Shown: positions 58,703 to 64,000 of the stretch, in pieces
How the letters are laid out: each line of letters opens with the position of its first letter
Numbering within the stretch: the stretch's first letter is position 1
Assembly: GCA_040218735.1 (NCBI GenBank)
Contig: JAVJQW010000008.1
Span: forward strand, 384,001 to 448,000
Origin: Deltaproteobacteria bacterium
GTDB taxonomy: Bacteria > Myxococcota > Kuafuiibacteriia > Kuafuiibacteriales > Kuafuiibacteriaceae
Direction of reading: 5' to 3'
Length of the DNA stretch: 64,000 bases
Notes under the pieces: generated by a model
Told to the model about the DNA's origin: nothing
Databases searched by the model: none
What the model saw: the letters and a program-made list of their open reading frames with translations, nothing else
Translations under genes and position numbers: made by a program

Positions 58703-60613
58703 GTGGCGCGGATCTGCCCCACATGCCCGTCGGTCCTGTCGTCGGCGAACGCGAAGTGCCCCGTCCACGACACCAGTGTGGACGGTGACGACCCGTTCGT
58801 TGGGCGTTCGCTCGGCGAGTACCGGATCGCGAGTCGGCTGCGCGCGGAGCGTGGGGGTGTGTGGTACCGCGCGGTCGACGATCGCTCGAACCGGTTCGAT
58901 GCACTGATCGGCTACGGCGAGATCAACCGTGACGATCTCGCCCGCGCGACGCAGGAGGCTGGGCGTGCCGCGCAGCTCTCCGAGGCACGCGTGGCGCGCA
59001 TCGTCGCGACCGGGTCGACGACCGGTGGCCCGCCCTATCTGATCTACGAGACAACGAGCGGTCCGAACCTCGCCAACCTGGTGGAGCACGGCGGGGCGTT
59101 CGACCTCTCCCGAGCCGTCAAGACGATGCGCGCGGTCTGCGAGGCGCTCGCAGCGGCCGACGCCTGGGAGCTCTCGCACCTCGGTCTGACGCCGAAGCTC
59201 ATCACGCTCGACGGCGAGAATGCGATCATCACCGGGTTCGGCGCCGCCGCGCTTCGCCGTCTCGCCGGTGCGCCGGTGGACAGCGAGTGGTTGGGGCCGG
59301 TCGCGACCACGGAGCCGTCGTTCACCGACGATGTCTACGCGCTGGGTGCGCTCTTCCACGCGCTGTTGTTCGGCACGCCGCCCGGTGACGTCCCGAACGA
59401 GCTACCGCGGGATCCGACGCTCGGGCGCCTGCTCGCGCGCATGGTCGCGAAGGATCGTTCGGCGCGTCCGACCAGCGTCGACGAGCTGCTCGAGGAGCTC
59501 GTCGAGCGTCCGCGTCCGCGGTTGGCTTCGGACCTGACCATGCCGCCCGAGAAGGGTGTGAACACGTACATCCTCGAGGCGGGCGCGGTGCCACGAGAGC
59601 GCGTGGCGGTCGCCGCAGCGGGGCTCGACATCGCGAAGGCTCCGCAGGCGCGACAGGACACGGCGCCGATGCCGTCCGGCACGTTCAACGACAAGGGCGC
59701 TGCGGGTGTCGCGCCGTTGCCGCCCGACAAGAAGGCGCTGCCCGATCGCGCCAAGACGCGGATCCTCCCCAACAGGGAGCCCGCCGCGAACGAGCGACGC
59801 ATCGAGACGCTCGTCGTGCGGCCCCGCGGCCTGCCGTCCTCGCCTCGGCCCGCGATCGAGCAACGACCGCTGGAGCCGGAGCCGGAGCGACCGACGACAC
59901 CGATGGCGTCTGCGGCGCCGATCGTGCTCGACGACGACGACATCGAGCCGCTCGATCCGCCGCGCTCCCGCACCGGCGCGTTCTTGCTCGTGGCCTTCGC
60001 GGCGTGCGCTGCGCTCCTCGGGGTGTGGCTCGCGCTGGACAGCGAAGAAGCGCCGCCGATCGAGGTGGCAGCGAGCGCCGTCGAGGCGCCGACGAAGGTC
60101 GTCGAGGCGCCGCCTCCGATCGAGCCGGTGGGTTCCGCGGAGACGGAGCTGTTGCCGGAGGGTGATGCGCTGCCGGACGGTGATGCACCGGTCGAGCCTC
60201 GGAAGGTCGCGCAAGTCGTCTTGCGGATCGACTCCGAACCGCAGGGTGCGGTGGTGTACCTGACGAACGGCTCTGCGGTGCTCGGCGAGACGCCGTTCGA
60301 GATTCGCCGAGATGCGTCGGACGAGCGAATGGGGTTCGAGCTACGGCTCGACGGCTACAAACCTTCGCTCGCGACGATGTCGGCGAACGAGGACGGCCGC
60401 ATCGAGGTGGTGATGGAGAAGCTCGCCGCGCGGCCTCCGCCGCCGAAGGCTGAGCCGCCGCCCACGAGGCCCGCACCGCCGCCCGAGCGGGTCTCGACGA
60501 CGCGTCCTCCGCCCAAGAAGATACGACGACGTGTGCGGCGACGCCGAACCCGCGCGAAGGAGAACCGGAAGACCTTGGAGCGTGGGACGCTCCTGGATCC
60601 GTTCAGCGAGTGA
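58703..60613 (+). CDS. membrane-anchored Ser/Thr pseudokinase with PEGA-like periplasmic domain
   Basis: N-terminal CPTC..CP.H knuckle. The kinase fold has degenerate motifs (HLGLTPKLI for HRDLKPxN, TGFG for DFG, no VAxK). TM helix, then 'IDSEPQGA.V...LG.TP...L.GY' PEGA; ends LLDPFSE. Confidence 0.8.
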   Translation: MARICPTCPSVLSSANAKCPVHDTSVDGDDPFVGRSLGEYRIASRLRAERGGVWYRAVDDRSNRFDALIGYGEINRDDLARATQEAGRAAQLSEARVARIVATGSTTGGPPYLIYETTSGPNLANLVEHGGAFDLSRAVKTMRAVCEALAAADAWELSHLGLTPKLITLDGENAIITGFGAAALRRLAGAPVDSEWLGPVATTEPSFTDDVYALGALFHALLFGTPPGDVPNELPRDPTLGRLLARMVAKDRSARPTSVDELLEELVERPRPRLASDLTMPPEKGVNTYILEAGAVPRERVAVAAAGLDIAKAPQARQDTAPMPSGTFNDKGAAGVAPLPPDKKALPDRAKTRILPNREPAANERRIETLVVRPRGLPSSPRPAIEQRPLEPEPERPTTPMASAAPIVLDDDDIEPLDPPRSRTGAFLLVAFAACAALLGVWLALDSEEAPPIEVAASAVEAPTKVVEAPPPIEPVGSAETELLPEGDALPDGDAPVEPRKVAQVVLRIDSEPQGAVVYLTNGSAVLGETPFEIRRDASDERMGFELRLDGYKPSLATMSANEDGRIEVVMEKLAARPPPPKAEPPPTRPAPPPERVSTTRPPPKKIRRRVRRRRTRAKENRKTLERGTLLDPFSE

Positions 60614-61257
60614 TGATGCGTTCGATTGCCCTGGCTCTGAGCCTCGTGTTCCTCGCACCGACCGTCGCGGAGGCGGTGTCGAAGCGCGACCGTACGCGCG
60701 CGAAGCGTTTTGCGCGTCGAGCGGCGCGTAGCTTCAAGCTGAAGCGGTACAAACAGGCGTTGCGCGACTTCGAGCGCGCGTACGACCTCGTGGAGCTCCC
60801 GGCGCTCCGCTACAACATCGGGCAATGCCACCTCCTGCTCGGACACTACGACGACGCGATCGCCTCGTTCGAACGGTTCCTCGAGGAGTCGCCGGACACG
60901 CCCTACGCGAACGACGTTCGTGCGCTGATCGCGGAGGCGGATGCGGAGATCGAGAAACGCAAACCGAAGCCCGAGGTCCCGATCGTCGAGGAAGAGCCTG
61001 CGATCGCCGTGCTCGACGATCCCCCTCCGCCGGTGGTCCCGCCGCCGCCGTCCCCCGCGGTGACGACGCCTCCACCGGCGCCGCCCGTCGCGGAGCCGGG
61101 TGACGACGACGGCTTCCCGATGTGGGTCGTCTGGGCGATCGTAGGTGGGGTCGCCGTCGCGGGCGGGACCGCGGCGATCGTCGCGGCGCAGCCCGACACC
61201 ACGATCGTGTTGCCGATGGGTGACCTCGGGGTCATCGACAGGAGGGGCCCGCGATGA
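60610..61257 (+). CDS. exported TPR protein with Pro-rich linker and C-terminal hydrophobic segment
   Basis: Signal peptide (AEA), TPRs 'A...FERAY....P.L.YNIGQCH..LG..DAI..FERFL' and 'WVVWAIVGGVAVAGGTAAIV'. Confidence 0.88.
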   Translation: MMMRSIALALSLVFLAPTVAEAVSKRDRTRAKRFARRAARSFKLKRYKQALRDFERAYDLVELPALRYNIGQCHLLLGHYDDAIASFERFLEESPDTPYANDVRALIAEADAEIEKRKPKPEVPIVEEEPAIAVLDDPPPPVVPPPPSPAVTTPPPAPPVAEPGDDDGFPMWVVWAIVGGVAVAGGTAAIVAAQPDTTIVLPMGDLGVIDRRGPR

Positions 61258-64000
61258 GGTGGAGGGTAGCGGCGCTCCTGTTGTTGGCGGCCTGTGCCGA
61301 CAAGGTCGAAGTGCAAGACGGGTTGACGGGCCTGGAGATCACCGTCCGTTACGACGCGGCGGCGGGGCTCGATCAGATCGCGATCGAAGGCGCGCTTTCG
61401 AACGGTGACGAGGCCTTCGAGTCAGCCGTCATCCCCGAGTCGCCGGCGCCTCTCACGGCGGGGCAGAACAGCGTCGTGCTGCTGCTTCCGGAGACGCTCG
61501 CTGGCCAGACGATCCGCGTTCGTGTGGACGGCCTCGCGGCGGGCGACATCGTCGCGACCGCGCGCACCGACGTGATGGTGGAGCGAAGGGCGCTCGCGAA
61601 GGTCGCGCTGCAGCTGGGCCTGCCTGCGGTGTGCGGCGACGGCGTCGTGCGCGACGCCTTCGAAGCCTGCGACGACGACAACCTCACCGGCGGCGACGGC
61701 TGCTCGGCGCAGTGCGAGGTCGAGGTGGGCTGGACCTGCACGGGGAGCCCGAGTGTCTGCGCGCAGTGTGGTAACGGGGTGATCGAAGGCGCCGAGGCGT
61801 GCGACGACGGCGGGACCGCGGTGGGTGACGGCTGCAACGCGAGCTGTGTCATCGAGCCGGGCTGGGTCTGCGAGGGCGCGCCGAGCACGTGCTCCGAGTG
61901 CGGTGACGGCGTCATCCTCGCCACCGAGGCGTGCGACGACATGAACGTCGCGGACCTCGACGGCTGCTCTTCCGAGTGCGAGATCGAACACGGGTGGGGC
62001 TGCCTCGGTGTGCCGTCGACCTGCACTTCGACCTGCGGTGATGGGTTGATCGCGCTGGGCGCCGAGGCGTGCGACGACATGAACGTCGCGCCGCTCGACG
62101 GTTGCTCTTCCGCGTGTGCGATCGAACCCGGCTACACGTGTATGGGCGAGCCCTCGGTCTGCACCTGCGACGGCGACGTGGACATGGACGGGATCGTCGA
62201 CTGCTCGGACACGTGCATCGACGTCGACCAGGACACGTTCGGCGCCGGCGGACCGCTCGGCAACACGTGCGCGGGGCCGGACTGCGACGACACCGCCGCG
62301 ACGTGTGTGGACGACTGCACCACGGACGTCGACGCCGACGCCGAAGCGGACTGCCGCGACACCTGCCTCGACGCGGACGGCGACAACTTCGGCGTGGCCG
62401 GCGGGGGCGGGAACACGTGCCTCGGCGTCGACTGCGACGACGCCGTCGCGACCTGCACCAACGACTGCGCGACGGACGTGGACACCGACGCCGTGGCGGA
62501 CTGCGCGGACACCTGCCTCGACGCGGATGGCGACGACTACGGCGTCGCGGGTGGCGCGGGTAACACGTGCCTTGGCGCGGATTGCGACGACGCCGTCGTG
62601 AGCTGCACGAACGACTGCGTCACCGATACGGACGCGGACACCGTGGCGGACTGCGCTGACACCTGCCTCGACGTCGATGGGGACGGCTACGGGATCGCCG
62701 GGGGCGCGGGGAACACGTGTACGGCCGTGGACTGCGACGACGCCGTCGTGACCTGCGACGCGGATTGCACGACGAACACCGACGGCGACGCGATCGCGGA
62801 CTGCGCGGATACCTGTCTCGACGGTGATGGCGACGGTTACGGCCTCGCGGGTGGCGCGGGGAACACGTGCACCGCCGCGGACTGCAACGACGCGGTCGCC
62901 ACCTGCAATGTGGATTGCGCCACGAACGTGGACGCCGACGCCTCGCCGGACTGCGCCGATACGTGCATCGACGTCGACGGTGATGGCTACGGTGCCGCGG
63001 GAGGCGGCGGTAACACCTGCACTGCGGCCGACTGCGACGACGCAGAGATTACGTGCAACGTGGATTGCGCGACCAACACGGACAACGATGCCATCGCGGA
63101 CTGCGCGGACACGTGCCTCGACCCGGACGGCGACGGCTACGGCGCGGCGGGCGGGGCCGGAAACTCCTGCACGGGCGCCGACTGCGACGAGACCGCCGTG
63201 ACGTGCAACGTGGATTGCACGACGAACGTGGACGGAGACGGCATCGTCGACTGCGCGGACACCTGCCTCGACGGTGACGGCGACGGCTACGGCCTCGCGG
63301 GCGGCGCGGGGAATACGTGCACGGCGGCCGACTGTGATGACGCCGTTGCGACCTGCAACCTGGATTGCGTCACGGACGTCGACGGCGATACCACCGCCGA
63401 CTGCAACGACAGTTGCCTCGACGCCGATGGCGACGGGTACGGCGCCGCCGGAGGCCTGGGCAACACGTGCACCGGGCCGGACTGCGACGACCTCCGGGTG
63501 GCGTGCACGACGGACTGCGTCGCGTGCCTGCCGGGCACCATCTCAGTCACGGCGCAGACACCCGTGGCGGCGTGCGGGACGTCGGTCGTCACGATCGATC
63601 TCGACAACTACGACAACGCTGCGGCCGACATCATGTGCAGCGCTTCGAACGAGCTGTTGTTCGGCTCGACACAGTTCGAGATCGGGTTCGAGGAGTGGAC
63701 CAGCTTCACCGGCGGCGGCCTGGTCGTGCTGCGATCTTGGCCGAACAGCTTCCCGACGCCGTCGTGCTCTGCGGGGACCAACGGTGACTTCGTCCGCTTC
63801 GACGAAGGCGATCCGAGCTTCCTGCAGCTCGGCGCTCCGCTCGACCTCGCGGGCGTCGGAAACCTCGAGCTGAGCTTTACGGCTGGGTATCGCAACAACC
63901 CTCCGGCCGGCGACGTCCTCACGGTCTCCGCCTGCTGCGGCGTGGCCTGCACCCCCACGGCCGTGGGGACGGTTCCGAACGACAACGTCACGCCGGGCGG
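61254..64000 (+). CDS. large Cys/Asp-rich surface lipoprotein (myxobacterial DUF4215-type repeats + 50-aa repeats); runs off window end
   Basis: Absent from the ORF track because no stop occurs before 64000. ATG at 61254 (ATGA overlap, SD GGAGG) gives MRWRVAALLLLAA-C. Then four 'CG(D/N)G....EACDD.....DGC...C..E.G(W/Y).C' repeats and nine 50-aa repeats. Confidence 0.9.
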   Translation, partial: MRWRVAALLLLAACADKVEVQDGLTGLEITVRYDAAAGLDQIAIEGALSNGDEAFESAVIPESPAPLTAGQNSVVLLLPETLAGQTIRVRVDGLAAGDIVATARTDVMVERRALAKVALQLGLPAVCGDGVVRDAFEACDDDNLTGGDGCSAQCEVEVGWTCTGSPSVCAQCGNGVIEGAEACDDGGTAVGDGCNASCVIEPGWVCEGAPSTCSECGDGVILATEACDDMNVADLDGCSSECEIEHGWGCLGVPSTCTSTCGDGLIALGAEACDDMNVAPLDGCSSACAIEPGYTCMGEPSVCTCDGDVDMDGIVDCSDTCIDVDQDTFGAGGPLGNTCAGPDCDDTAATCVDDCTTDVDADAEADCRDTCLDADGDNFGVAGGGGNTCLGVDCDDAVATCTNDCATDVDTDAVADCADTCLDADGDDYGVAGGAGNTCLGADCDDAVVSCTNDCVTDTDADTVADCADTCLDVDGDGYGIAGGAGNTCTAVDCDDAVVTCDADCTTNTDGDAIADCADTCLDGDGDGYGLAGGAGNTCTAADCNDAVATCNVDCATNVDADASPDCADTCIDVDGDGYGAAGGGGNTCTAADCDDAEITCNVDCATNTDNDAIADCADTCLDPDGDGYGAAGGAGNSCTGADCDETAVTCNVDCTTNVDGDGIVDCADTCLDGDGDGYGLAGGAGNTCTAADCDDAVATCNLDCVTDVDGDTTADCNDSCLDADGDGYGAAGGLGNTCTGPDCDDLRVACTTDCVACLPGTISVTAQTPVAACGTSVVTIDLDNYDNAAADIMCSASNELLFGSTQFEIGFEEWTSFTGGGLVVLRSWPNSFPTPSCSAGTNGDFVRFDEGDPSFLQLGAPLDLAGVGNLELSFTAGYRNNPPAGDVLTVSACCGVACTPTAVGTVPNDNVTPG
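62170..63520 (+). repeat. nine ~150-bp coding repeats (D.D.D...DC.DTC.D.DGD.YG..GG.GNTC...DCDD....C..DC)
   Basis: The NTC-coding motif recurs every 150 bp, near 62262, 62412, 62562, 62712, 62862, 63012, 63162, 63312 and 63462. Confidence 0.9.

Noticed and set aside
62170-63520. Possible non-coding repeat array
   Set aside because: It is an in-frame protein repeat with third-position variation inside the CDS starting at 61254.

Overview
High-GC (~69% by eye), gene-dense bacterial chromosome segment, most consistent with a Myxococcota/deltaproteobacterial genome. Support: an ElbD-type ether-lipid enzyme, myxobacterial Cys-rich repeats, many lipoproteins, Ser/Thr kinases and a sigma54 activator. 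About 52 CDSs are supportable. Housekeeping or metabolic genes include prfC, a divergent polA, a hemF-like gene, an RsmB-family methyltransferase, a dCMP deaminase, a GH57 branching enzyme, ravA/viaA-like genes and an nfeD-SPFH-SPFH cluster. No rRNA, tRNA, CRISPR array or intact mobile element was seen. The most notable observations are: (1) two copies of a translationally coupled module of (pseudo)kinase, TPR protein and large surface lipoprotein, one with an apparently dead kinase; (2) a sigma54 activator facing a DUF697-SHOCT gene across a clear -24/-12 promoter and 11-bp-phased repeats; (3) an orphan N/G/Q/Y-rich amyloid-like protein with its own sigma54 promoter; (4) a bacterial MMACHC/CblC-like protein; (5) a truncated, frameshifted gene ending at an IS-end-like sequence; (6) a recurring leaderless-promoter pattern. 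All family calls come from motif recognition by eye; no database searches were run.
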